From: Geotalea daltonii FRC-32
GTDB lineage: Bacteria > Desulfobacterota > Desulfuromonadia > Geobacterales > Geobacteraceae
Length of the DNA: 32,000 bases
Assembly: GCF_000022265.1 (NCBI RefSeq)
Contig: NC_011979.1
Coordinates: forward strand, 3,540,001-3,572,000
Direction: 5' to 3'
The position numbers and the translations under genes are program-made. The notes beneath the pieces were generated by a model. The model did not search any database. It had not been told where the DNA came from and saw nothing but the letters and a program-made list of their open reading frames with translations. This document shows positions 16,033 through 24,324 of the stretch, in pieces; position 1 is the stretch's first letter, and each line of letters starts with the position of its first letter.

Positions 16033-16045
16033 TTAACACTGTTAA
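16033..16045. promoter_or_regulatory. Palindromic candidate TetR operator upstream of shc
   Basis: TTAACACTGTTAA lies 31-43 nt upstream of the shc start codon. It is a near-identical copy of the 13-mer at 16714-16726. Confidence 0.4.
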
Positions 16046-16055
16046 GTAAAGTAAT

Positions 16056-16077
16056 AAAAAAAACTGCCTGCGCGCAG
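16056..16077 (-). terminator. Weak intrinsic terminator after tetR
   Basis: On the minus strand, a short GC hairpin (CTGC-gcgcag-GCAG / CTGCGCGCAG) is followed by T8 (plus-strand A run 16056-16063). Confidence 0.35.
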
Positions 16078-16090
16078 CGTTGTCGTCGTT

Positions 16091-16711
16091 TCAGGGGTGA
16101 TCCGCCCGATAGCCCGAGAATATCCCGTCCAGCATCATCTCTGTCATAATGGCCGGGTCCGGCATGGGGAAATCCTTGGTAAAGATTGTACTGGTAACCA
16201 GTCCGTGCATGGCGCTCCACAATACTGTAGAGAGAGTGTAGCAATCCAGGTGGCGGAAATAGCCACTCTTGATGCAGTTGTCGACCAGTTCGCAGAACTG
16301 CTTCCAGCAGCGCAGTGACATGGTGTCGCGGGAAAGGTAATCCTCCGGCTTGCCGTACAGCTGCGGGTTGGAAAAGAAGACCACTTTGTACAGTTCAGGA
16401 TGCTTCAGACTGTAGCTGACATAACAGAGAAAGGCCTGGCGCAGGTGCTGCTCCGGTGGGGCGTCTGCGATCATGCCCTGCAGCTGCTCCTGCAGAAGGT
16501 TCGCATAGAAGTTTTCGCAGATGTGCAGCAGCAGGTCGTCCTTGTCGCGAAAATAGAGGTAGATCGTGGTGGGAGAGTACTCAATGCGCGACGCCAGCTT
16601 GCGCATGGAAAACCCGTTATAACCCTCCTGTACAAACAAAGCCAGTGCCGCTTCCAGGATCTCGGCCTTGAATTCGTTCTTATGTCTTTGTCTGCGTTCT
16701 TTTAACCCCAT
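16091..16711 (-). CDS. TetR/AcrR-family transcriptional regulator
   Basis: The N-terminal HTH (…ILEAALALFVQEGYNGFSMRKLASRIEYSPTTIYLYFRDKDDLL…) is a classical TetR signature. The ATG at 16711 is preferred over the GTG at 16720. Confidence 0.9.
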   Translation of the reverse strand: MGLKERRQRHKNEFKAEILEAALALFVQEGYNGFSMRKLASRIEYSPTTIYLYFRDKDDLLLHICENFYANLLQEQLQGMIADAPPEQHLRQAFLCYVSYSLKHPELYKVVFFSNPQLYGKPEDYLSRDTMSLRCWKQFCELVDNCIKSGYFRHLDCYTLSTVLWSAMHGLVTSTIFTKDFPMPDPAIMTEMMLDGIFSGYRADHP

Positions 16712-16713
16712 AC

Positions 16714-16726
16714 TTAACACCGTTAA
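16714..16726. promoter_or_regulatory. Second copy of the palindromic 13-mer, at the tetR start
   Basis: TTAACACCGTTAA lies immediately upstream of, and overlaps, the tetR ribosome-binding region. Confidence 0.4.
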
Positions 16727-16802
16727 TTTCAGTTTTTAGATTAATAGCAGTTGCGGAGAGATTATTCAAGACGTTTGTTGTCTGCCGGTGCACGCCCCGC
16801 CT

Positions 16803-19280
16803 TCACAGCCTCTCCACCGCCCCCCGCGCCAGCTCCACAATCGTATCCGGTTCCTCCCGGCTCAAGTAAAGGGGGCTGCCGAAGGTTACCGTCACCCTTC
16901 CCCGTTTGGGCCAGCTTGCTCCCCGGGGCAGAACCTTCTCGACCCCCTCGATCTTCACCGGTACTACCGGTATGTCCAGTTCCTTGACCATGATCCCCAG
17001 CCCCCGCTGGAACGGCAGCAGTCGGCCGTCAATGGAGCGTTCCCCTTCCGGGAAGATGAGGATGTTGTGGCCGGAGTCCACGAGCCTGCCCATGAAGCGG
17101 AAGGATTTGCGGAAACCGCTGCTCTGGGGCAAGGGAAAGACATTGTGAAAGAAGGTGGCATATTCGTAGGTGAGCCGTTTCCAGAGCCACTGCAGGGCGT
17201 TGTGGTAATTGCGGAAGAAGAACTCCTCCCAGGCAGCGGTTGCGGTGTTGTAGCGGATCTCCCGGGGCAGGGCGAACATGATCGCCGACTGGTCGATGTA
17301 GCTCAGGTGGTTGGAAACGAAGAAGACTGGCCCATTTATCTCTGCCAGCCTTTCCCGGCCCCGCGCCTCAATTGTGGCCATACTGCGGAAAAGAGGATAG
17401 GTGAAAACCGCATCCCAAACCATGCGCAGTGCCCTGACCGGCTTCGAGTTGGTCCAGAAGCGGAAATGATTTTTGCCATCGACTTTCTCCCGTTTCTCGA
17501 TGATGCGGCGGAGCTCCTGCACCCTGGTCTCCGGGCCGATGACGGAATCCTCCAGGTCCAGGCGGAATTCCTGCTCCAGGTAGTTGACCAGCTCCAGCCT
17601 GGCGATGGATGTGAGCCCCAGATCGGCTACCAGCCTTGACTCCTCCTTCACCTCGTCAACACCGGCTCCCGTTACCCGGGCGATCAAAGTGATCAGCCGG
17701 TCAGCCGCGGCGCCCGCACCTGTCCCCTTTTCTCCTTTTTGCAGCTTTTCCTTGACCTGGAATTTCCTGATCTTCAGGGTTGTTGTTTTGGGAAATTCCG
17801 CCTCTGGCCAGACGGAGAAGCCGGTTACCTGGTGCAGGGAGTCGAGCCGCTTGTTGACCTCAGCGACGATTTCTTCCGGCTTTCTGCCGCTGCCGTCCAA
17901 AAGCAGCACGGCATGGACCTCCTCGCCCCCTCCCCTGTCCATGCCGATGACGCACGATTCACGCACACCCTTGGTCCGGTTGAAGATATCCTCGATCTCG
18001 TCCGGATAGACATTGATCCCGGCGCCGGTGACGATGAGCTCCTTGGCCCGTCCCTTGATGGTCAGCCAGCCGTCTGCCGAGACTTCCCCCATGTCCCCGG
18101 TGCGGAACCGGCCGTCGGCGGTGAACGCCTCCCGCGTTGCCGCCTCGTTGCGGTAATAACCGGGGGTGATGTTCTTTCCCCTGGCGAGGATCTCGTTGTC
18201 CTCGATGGTGATCTCTATACCGGGAAGAGCTTTCCCCACCGCTCCCGCCACCTGCTTGTCCATGGTGTTGGCGGCCAGAACCGGCGAGCATTCCGTAAGG
18301 CCGTAGCCTTCGACAACCCTGAACCCCAGGTTCTGCCAGAATAGGAAGACATCCAGGGAGAGGGGTGCCCCTCCTGAGACGAAGAGGCTGAAGTGGCGGC
18401 CGAATTTGCGCTGGATCGGGAAAAAGAGCAGCTTCCGCGCCCCCGGGGAGAGCGCCTCCCCCTTTTTCATCAGGAATCTGAAGAGATTACCGAGCCCCTT
18501 CTCATCCAATTCCCGTTCCATGGAGCTCTTCAATAGCTGGAGCAACCGGGGAACGGCGATCATGGCATAGATGTCCTCTTCCCCAAGCGCCTCCATGATG
18601 GCCGATGGCTTCAAGGTCCGCAAGTAGACGATGGTGGAGCCGTTGTAAAGCGGGGTAAAGAATCCCCCCATCTGCTCGAACATGTGGGAAAGCGGCAACA
18701 GCGAGAGAAAGTTGAATTGTGAGGTTACAACAGGGATGTGCTCATTCACCTGAATAATATTGGCCATCAGATTGCCGTGGGTGAGGATGACCCCCTTCGG
18801 ATTCCCTGTCGTACCGGAAGTGTAGATAAGTTCGGCAACATCGTCGGTCGCCGGCCTGGCAATTTCAGCGAACGGTTCAAGACCGGCAAGATCGTATTCC
18901 AGGTCCTCCAGCAGAATGGATGATGCATGGTTCAGAGGCTCGATCTTGAAGCGGCTCTGGATGACGACTTTGGCCTCGGTAAGTCCGGCAATGGTCTCAG
19001 CCCGCTCCCTTTCCGACATGAAATCGACGGGTACCGCTACAGCTCCGCGAACAATGGCTCCCCAGAATGCCACAGCCCACCACGGAGAGTTCGGTCCCCA
19101 GATCAGCACCCGGTCCCCGGTTGCCACACCCCGGTCAGCCAGCAGGCGGGCCATTTTTCCGGAAAGCAGGTGAAACTCCTGGTAAGAGAAGATGAACCTG
19201 CGGACGCCGGTTCTGTTGACGAAGGCGGTATCCTTTCCTCTTGCGGGGAATGTCTCAAAAAGATCGATCAAGGTCTGCAT
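16803..19280 (-). CDS. Tri-domain acyl-AMP/CoA ligase, carrier domain and 1-acylglycerol-3-phosphate acyltransferase (Aas-like)
   Basis: AMP-binding motif YTSGTTGNPKG (aa 153-163). A carrier-like helix DLGLTSIARLELV has its candidate phosphopantetheinyl Ser at about aa 558. PlsC motifs are NHLSYID (HX4D, aa 658-663) and FPEGERS (aa 743-749). Confidence 0.85.
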   Translation of the reverse strand: MQTLIDLFETFPARGKDTAFVNRTGVRRFIFSYQEFHLLSGKMARLLADRGVATGDRVLIWGPNSPWWAVAFWGAIVRGAVAVPVDFMSERERAETIAGLTEAKVVIQSRFKIEPLNHASSILLEDLEYDLAGLEPFAEIARPATDDVAELIYTSGTTGNPKGVILTHGNLMANIIQVNEHIPVVTSQFNFLSLLPLSHMFEQMGGFFTPLYNGSTIVYLRTLKPSAIMEALGEEDIYAMIAVPRLLQLLKSSMERELDEKGLGNLFRFLMKKGEALSPGARKLLFFPIQRKFGRHFSLFVSGGAPLSLDVFLFWQNLGFRVVEGYGLTECSPVLAANTMDKQVAGAVGKALPGIEITIEDNEILARGKNITPGYYRNEAATREAFTADGRFRTGDMGEVSADGWLTIKGRAKELIVTGAGINVYPDEIEDIFNRTKGVRESCVIGMDRGGGEEVHAVLLLDGSGRKPEEIVAEVNKRLDSLHQVTGFSVWPEAEFPKTTTLKIRKFQVKEKLQKGEKGTGAGAAADRLITLIARVTGAGVDEVKEESRLVADLGLTSIARLELVNYLEQEFRLDLEDSVIGPETRVQELRRIIEKREKVDGKNHFRFWTNSKPVRALRMVWDAVFTYPLFRSMATIEARGRERLAEINGPVFFVSNHLSYIDQSAIMFALPREIRYNTATAAWEEFFFRNYHNALQWLWKRLTYEYATFFHNVFPLPQSSGFRKSFRFMGRLVDSGHNILIFPEGERSIDGRLLPFQRGLGIMVKELDIPVVPVKIEGVEKVLPRGASWPKRGRVTVTFGSPLYLSREEPDTIVELARGAVERL

Positions 19281-19399
19281 GCAATTTCCTTTTCCCGGCT
19301 TACCTGAAAATGTCGCTTTTTTCCTGACAGTATATGGCGGTCGCCACCCAACGCAAGAAGATATTATGGGGGTCCCTGCTGCAATTAATTATTTTAAAT

Positions 19400-19427
19400 T
19401 TGAACATCTTAACCCGGATGATATAGT
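19400..19427 (+). promoter_or_regulatory. Candidate sigma70 promoter for the Gly-rich protein gene
   Basis: TTGAAC (19400-19405), a 16-nt spacer, then TGA-TATAGT (extended -10, 19419-19427). An AT-rich UP-like tract lies upstream. Confidence 0.35.
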
Positions 19428-19492
19428 TTCATCTATAGCTCTGCGCTACCTTTACATGTGCGCATAAACAAACAGAAAGAGGAGGAACAACG

Positions 19493-20047
19493 ATGAAGAA
19501 TGTAAAACGTATGGTTTTTACCGCTGCAGCGTTGATTGCTCTATCGGGATTTGCTTTCAGCGCAAGTACCAGCGGTAGCAGTATGGGCAGCTCTTCCGGT
19601 TCAGACAGTTCATCCGGCATGACCGGCAGCGGTTCTGGCGGATCGACAACCGGTTCTTACGGCAGTGACACCGGCAGCGGCATGGGTGGCTCGACCGGTG
19701 GGTCGACAAGTGATACATACGGTACTGGTTCGGGCACAGGTGGCTCCACTAGTGACACTTATGGGACCGGCACCGGTGGTTCGACCAGTGATACTTATGA
19801 CACCGGTACTGGCGGAGCAACTGGCGGCACATTTGGAACGTATACCGGCGCAGGCACAGGTGGTTCCACTGGCGGCACTTATGGATCGGATACGGAAATG
19901 GGGACCGGCGGCTCCATGGGTGGCACCTATGGCACAGGCACCGGCGGAAGAAGTAGCGACATGGAGAAAGGGAAATCCGGTCACATGGGAACCATGGGTT
20001 CATACACCAGTTCGAGCCGCGGACACATGGGTACCAAAGGCTACTGA
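19493..20047 (+). CDS. Secreted Gly/Ser/Thr/Tyr-rich tandem-repeat protein
   Basis: A strong RBS (AGAGGAGGAA) precedes the start. The signal peptide is MKNVKRMVFTAAALIALSGFAFS/AS. Repeats of the form GGSTSDTYGTG(S/T)G span about aa 46-152. A terminator lies immediately downstream. Confidence 0.75.
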   Translation: MKNVKRMVFTAAALIALSGFAFSASTSGSSMGSSSGSDSSSGMTGSGSGGSTTGSYGSDTGSGMGGSTGGSTSDTYGTGSGTGGSTSDTYGTGTGGSTSDTYDTGTGGATGGTFGTYTGAGTGGSTGGTYGSDTEMGTGGSMGGTYGTGTGGRSSDMEKGKSGHMGTMGSYTSSSRGHMGTKGY

Positions 20048-20070
20048 TTTTCTACACGGATCCACATGAA

Positions 20071-20103
20071 AAATGGCCTGCTTATGCAGGCCATTTCTTT
20101 TTT
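20071..20103. terminator. Bidirectional rho-independent terminator between convergent genes
   Basis: AAATGGCCTGC-ttat-GCAGGCCATTT is followed by TTTCTTTTTT on the + strand and by TTTTT on the - strand. Confidence 0.8.
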
Positions 20104-20117
20104 CCGGCAATGAGTCA

Positions 20118-22154
20118 TCATCCGGTCTTCAACCAACATCTGAGCATCTCCGCCACGCTCCACGCCTGTGCCACGCACCCCCGCGGCGAATAGGGCTCTT
20201 CCGCATCGAACACCTCATTGATGCTGCCGACACATTTCTGATTCAGCTGGTCTTCCAGCCCTTCCAGGAACCCCCTTGCTTCCGCCTTGCCTTCCGGATG
20301 CTGCCGCAGCCAGGCATCGACGAACGGCCCCAGAAGCCAGGGCCAGACCGTCCCCTGATGATAGGCTGCATCCCTGGACCGCAGATCGCCGAAATATTTT
20401 TCCTTGTAATCTGGGTGCCCGGGGGCCAGCGTCCTCAAACCCACCGGCGTCAGCAAACGCTCTTTGACGACGGACAGGACCCTCTCCCATCGGGATGGTT
20501 CCAGCACCGGATAACGCAGTGACATGGCAAATATCTGATTGGGGCGACAGGCCGGGTCGTCTCCCCGTTCACCATCCACAACATCATAAAGGTACCCCCC
20601 CTCCTCGTACCAGAAACGTTTGTTGAAGGAGCGGCTCGTCTGGTCGGCGAGGGAACCAATCTGAGCCGCAAGCTTTTCGTCGGCCTCCTCACGGCTCCAT
20701 TTCTCCAGAAGCCGCAGCGCATTGTACCAGAGGGCATTGATTTCCACCGCTTTGCCCCGCCGAGGGGTAACGACCCAGTCGGCCACCTTTGCATCCATCC
20801 AGGTCAGCTGGTAACCTTCGGCACCCTGCCACAGCAGGCTATCCGCCGGGTCGATGCCGATACCGAAACGTGTTCCTGCCAGATGCCGGTCTATTATTTC
20901 CTTCAGTTTGGGCAGGATCAACACCAGTGTCGCCCGGTCCCTGGTGACTTCCACATAACGGTCCAGGGCATGGAAGAACCACAGGGTCGCATCGGCGGTG
21001 TGATAGAGCCCTTCCGTCTTCCCTTCGGGGAACATGTTTGGAATGAGGCCGTCGCGGATATAATGGGAAAAGGTCCTGAGAATCCAGCCCGCTTCATTGA
21101 TCCGCCCGGTGCAGAGGGTGAGACCCTCAAGGGAAATCATGGTGTCCCTGCCCCAGTCGGTGAACCAGTGGTAGCCCGCTATGACCGTGCGAATCTCATC
21201 TCCCATGGCATTGGCACGGACATAATCCTCCACTCTTCCGGTTGGAGAGATAATGAACTGATCGGCGGCAAAGACCAGTTCGGCCGGCAAGCCTGACCGT
21301 GCCCCCGGATCGGCGGCAGCCAAAAGCAGACGCCGGCGCTCCTTCTCCAATCTGAAGGCTTCACTGGGGGACAAGGCAGCGATGGTTTCCCATTTTTCCG
21401 TGGAAGCGACGAGGGTGGCATCTTCTCCCCTGGCCAGATCGATGGCAAAATAGCCGGGACTCCAGAGATCTCCTCCGTCTTCATAGCCACGGTTGTGCTC
21501 GATGCGGTAAAAGATATCCGGAATGGTCTTTTCTTCCAGGGTAAAGGTCCCGTGCAGCCCGTGGAGCACCAGGCGAAGCTGTGGCGACCTTCTGCCGGAG
21601 GATATCTGGTAGCGGTTTTCCACTGCCGAGAAAACATAGGAATCAATGGCGGGGGTGTTAACCGGCGCATCGTGGGGGCGGAAATGGACCGTCGGCTGCA
21701 GCTTGAGCCGTACCTTCTGCTCCCCCTCGAGCATCTTGTAGTTCACATGAACCGTATTCTGCTTGTGCAGAAGGAATATCCTCTTTTCGATGACTGCGCC
21801 GTTGATGTGGTATTGCCACACCGGCAGCCCGTCTTCCAGGACGAATGAGAAGAGGTTTTCGGAACCGAACAGCTCCACTGAACCGTCCCCACGCTCGTTA
21901 CCTCCCAGCATGACGACGCTTCCGTCTTCGAACCTGATCCGTTCCGTAACCTTGCTGAAAACCATATTGCGACCCATTGGGGTTGGATAGGCGGCAACGA
22001 GCAGGCCATGATAGCGGCGGGTCAGGGCACCGCTCACCGTCCCGGAGGCATAGCCGCCAAGGCCGTTCGTCACCAGCCATTCCCTTTTCAGCAGCACTTG
22101 ATCGCGGGTCATGTTCGGCCCGGTAAAAGGCATCTCCCTGCGTATTGATGTCAT
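20118..22154 (-). CDS. Glycogen debranching enzyme, archaeal type (amylo-alpha-1,6-glucosidase family)
   Basis: The N-terminal GDE_N-like region (…REWLVTNGLGGYASGTVSGALTRRYHGLL…) and the GYHWFTDWGRDTMISL motif are typical of the amylo-alpha-1,6-glucosidase (GDE_C) family. Confidence 0.85.
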   Translation of the reverse strand: MTSIRREMPFTGPNMTRDQVLLKREWLVTNGLGGYASGTVSGALTRRYHGLLVAAYPTPMGRNMVFSKVTERIRFEDGSVVMLGGNERGDGSVELFGSENLFSFVLEDGLPVWQYHINGAVIEKRIFLLHKQNTVHVNYKMLEGEQKVRLKLQPTVHFRPHDAPVNTPAIDSYVFSAVENRYQISSGRRSPQLRLVLHGLHGTFTLEEKTIPDIFYRIEHNRGYEDGGDLWSPGYFAIDLARGEDATLVASTEKWETIAALSPSEAFRLEKERRRLLLAAADPGARSGLPAELVFAADQFIISPTGRVEDYVRANAMGDEIRTVIAGYHWFTDWGRDTMISLEGLTLCTGRINEAGWILRTFSHYIRDGLIPNMFPEGKTEGLYHTADATLWFFHALDRYVEVTRDRATLVLILPKLKEIIDRHLAGTRFGIGIDPADSLLWQGAEGYQLTWMDAKVADWVVTPRRGKAVEINALWYNALRLLEKWSREEADEKLAAQIGSLADQTSRSFNKRFWYEEGGYLYDVVDGERGDDPACRPNQIFAMSLRYPVLEPSRWERVLSVVKERLLTPVGLRTLAPGHPDYKEKYFGDLRSRDAAYHQGTVWPWLLGPFVDAWLRQHPEGKAEARGFLEGLEDQLNQKCVGSINEVFDAEEPYSPRGCVAQAWSVAEMLRCWLKTG

Positions 22155-24040
22155 GATCCTCCTCCGTTGGGGGCCGGAGCCAGCACTACTGCGGCATGGC
22201 CCAGAATTCTCCAGAAATTTTCCGTCTCCGGCTCAGGATACCCGGAGCCGCCATACTCGGGCTTTTCGCTGGACCAGGCCACCTTCCACACGCCACCCTG
22301 GGGTGGTGCCAGCAGCGGTTCAGGCGCCGGCCTCAACCGCAATTCCCGCCCGAGATTCACCAGCAGCAGCCTTTCATCATCATTATGAAAAAAACGAATG
22401 ACAAAACCCTCTGCACCAAGGACAGCCCCGTCAATGAAAGAAGATGCACCGGCACTGAAAACCGGGTCTTCCCGCCTCAGCCTGATAAGATCCCGGTGCA
22501 TGGTGTAGATCCTGTCATGTTTCTGCCTTTCCTCCAGATTGAGCCGTGATCTCTCGAAAGTGTTCATGGCTGCCGGACTGTCCAGACTGTCGATTATCTC
22601 CTGGGAGGCAACATTGGTGAACTGGCTGAGAAATTCCACCCTCCCCTTGCGCACCATGTTTGCAACCTCTGCGCAGAGGTCGGCGAAGTATAGAAACGGG
22701 GTCGAAGCGGCAAATTCCTGCCCCTGAAAAAGCATCGGCGTACTGGGCGCCAGGAGCAGTAATGCGGTGATGGCCCGGTAGCTGCCGGGGCTCGTCAACT
22801 GGTGGATGCGGAATCCCCAGGCAGAGTTGGCGATCTGATCATGGTTCTGGATGAAGTTGACAAAACAGGATCGCTTCACCCCCCTGGTGGAGCTGCCACG
22901 ACGCTTGCCCTGCCAGAAATAACGCTGGCCCTGGTACAGGTACCCGTATTTCACTGCCGATACCAGTTCCTGGGAGGTCCCCAGATATTCGCTGTAATAG
23001 GCCTCATTGTACCCGGTGACGGCCGCATGGGCAGTGTGATGAAAGTCATCGTTCCAGACCACATCGAAACCATAGCCTCCCTGCTCGGGTGGTTGCAGAC
23101 ATTTAATCTGCTGGGGCTCGTTTTCCCCCACCAGGAATATGGATTTTTCTCCGGCTGTCTTTCGCACCTTTTCGTTGATGCAGGCAATGATATGCCGGGG
23201 AGAAGCATCATAGATCTGCTGGGTGGCATCGACGCGCAAACCGTCCAGGTGGAACTCGTCGATCCAATAGGCAGCATTGGCCATGAAAAATTCCCTGACC
23301 GGACCGGCCCCATCGCCATCGAAATTGACAGCCTCGCCCCATTCATTCCGGTACCGGTCGGTGAAATAATGATCGGAAAACTGCTTCAGGTAGTTTCCCT
23401 CAGGGCCCAGATGGTTATAGACAACATCCAGAATTACTCCTATTCCGCAGGCGTGGGCCGTATCCACGAAAGACCTCAGGTCGTCGGGACACCCGTATAA
23501 TCTGGTCGGAGCAAAAAGGTCGACGCCATCATAGCCCCAGCCGAACTTGCCCGGAAACTCCGCCACCGGCATTAGCTCCACGACGGTAATTCCCAGCTGG
23601 GCAAGCTCCGAAAGCTCTTTTGCCGCCCCTTGCCAGGTACCATCTCTGGAAAAAGTGCCGATGTGCATTTCATAGACGACGTTGCCCTCTTTGCCTATGC
23701 CGCGCCAATGGGAGTCGGTCCAGTTGAAGCTTGGATCGATGATGCAAGAAGGTCCGTGGGGTCCGGAAGGCTGAAAACGCGAGGCGGGATCGGGAAAAGC
23801 AACGCTGCTGTCAAGACGATAGCGATAAAGCCAGCCAGACATTGCGTCCCGGCAAAACCCGGAGAAATATCCGCCCGCCTCGGCGGTGAGCCTGAAAGAG
23901 AAACTTTCACCCTGTTCTCCGTCAAGACTCCCCTCCATCAGGACTTCCACAGTTTTCCGTTTCGGTGCCCAGACGCGAAAGTGGACACCTCCATGGGCCA
24001 TGACATCAGCTCCAATGGGCAGTCTTCTGGCACCGATCAT
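22151..24040 (-). CDS. treZ: Malto-oligosyltrehalose trehalohydrolase
   Basis: GH13 conserved regions are present: DVVYNH, GLRVDA, LVGENE and FIQNHDQ. An N-terminal CBM48-like segment (VHFRVWAP) is also present. Overall it resembles TreZ. There is an ATGA overlap with the downstream debranching gene. Confidence 0.85.
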   Translation of the reverse strand: MIGARRLPIGADVMAHGGVHFRVWAPKRKTVEVLMEGSLDGEQGESFSFRLTAEAGGYFSGFCRDAMSGWLYRYRLDSSVAFPDPASRFQPSGPHGPSCIIDPSFNWTDSHWRGIGKEGNVVYEMHIGTFSRDGTWQGAAKELSELAQLGITVVELMPVAEFPGKFGWGYDGVDLFAPTRLYGCPDDLRSFVDTAHACGIGVILDVVYNHLGPEGNYLKQFSDHYFTDRYRNEWGEAVNFDGDGAGPVREFFMANAAYWIDEFHLDGLRVDATQQIYDASPRHIIACINEKVRKTAGEKSIFLVGENEPQQIKCLQPPEQGGYGFDVVWNDDFHHTAHAAVTGYNEAYYSEYLGTSQELVSAVKYGYLYQGQRYFWQGKRRGSSTRGVKRSCFVNFIQNHDQIANSAWGFRIHQLTSPGSYRAITALLLLAPSTPMLFQGQEFAASTPFLYFADLCAEVANMVRKGRVEFLSQFTNVASQEIIDSLDSPAAMNTFERSRLNLEERQKHDRIYTMHRDLIRLRREDPVFSAGASSFIDGAVLGAEGFVIRFFHNDDERLLLVNLGRELRLRPAPEPLLAPPQGGVWKVAWSSEKPEYGGSGYPEPETENFWRILGHAAVVLAPAPNGGGS

Positions 24041-24102
24041 GCGGCCCCCCCCACAAATAAATGTATTTTAATATTACCATACTCCAGCCATAAAAAAATT
24101 AT

Positions 24103-24130
24103 TTGACACTAATGCCAGCACTGTTAATAT
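24103..24130 (+). promoter_or_regulatory. Candidate sigma70 promoter of the sugar operon
   Basis: TTGACA (24103-24108), a 16-nt spacer, then TGT-TAATAT (extended -10, 24122-24130). Confidence 0.45.
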
Positions 24131-24324
24131 TAGTATTGTTTAATTACCTTCAATTCATTACAAATGGCCCCTCCCTACGAGGAGGGACAGGAATGGGGGG
24201 GTGAAACTCTACCATCACTTCCTTCTGCTTCACCCTCCCCCTCGCCCCCTCCCGCTTCTGGAGGGGGTATAAAAACTTCGGCAGGCAGAAAATCCCTAAC
24301 CGCCAATCTGAAGGAGGATTTTTT
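24131..24324 (+). promoter_or_regulatory. Structured 5' leader of about 190 nt with three GC hairpins and repeated CCUCC motifs
   Basis: Three hairpins are present. H1 is CCCTCC/GGAGGG (24169-24186). H2 is GGGGGGGTGAA/TTCACCC(T)CCCC (24195-24240). H3 is CCCCCTCC/GGAGGGGG (24245-24267). The SD, AAGGAGGA, lies at 24311-24318. Confidence 0.4.

Noticed and set aside
16788-18344. Plus-strand ORFs 16788..17639 (283 aa) and 17739..18344 (201 aa)
   Set aside because: Both are antisense to the acyl-ligase/acyltransferase gene, which carries several canonical motifs in the minus frame. Their composition is Pro/Gly/Arg-rich, as expected of shadow frames.
19610-20069. Alternative-frame ORFs across the Gly-rich repeat gene (19610..19984 -, 19665..20069 +, 19749..20003 -)
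   Set aside because: Repetitive GC-rich DNA keeps several frames open. Only the 19493 frame has a strong RBS, a signal peptide and a terminator right after its stop.
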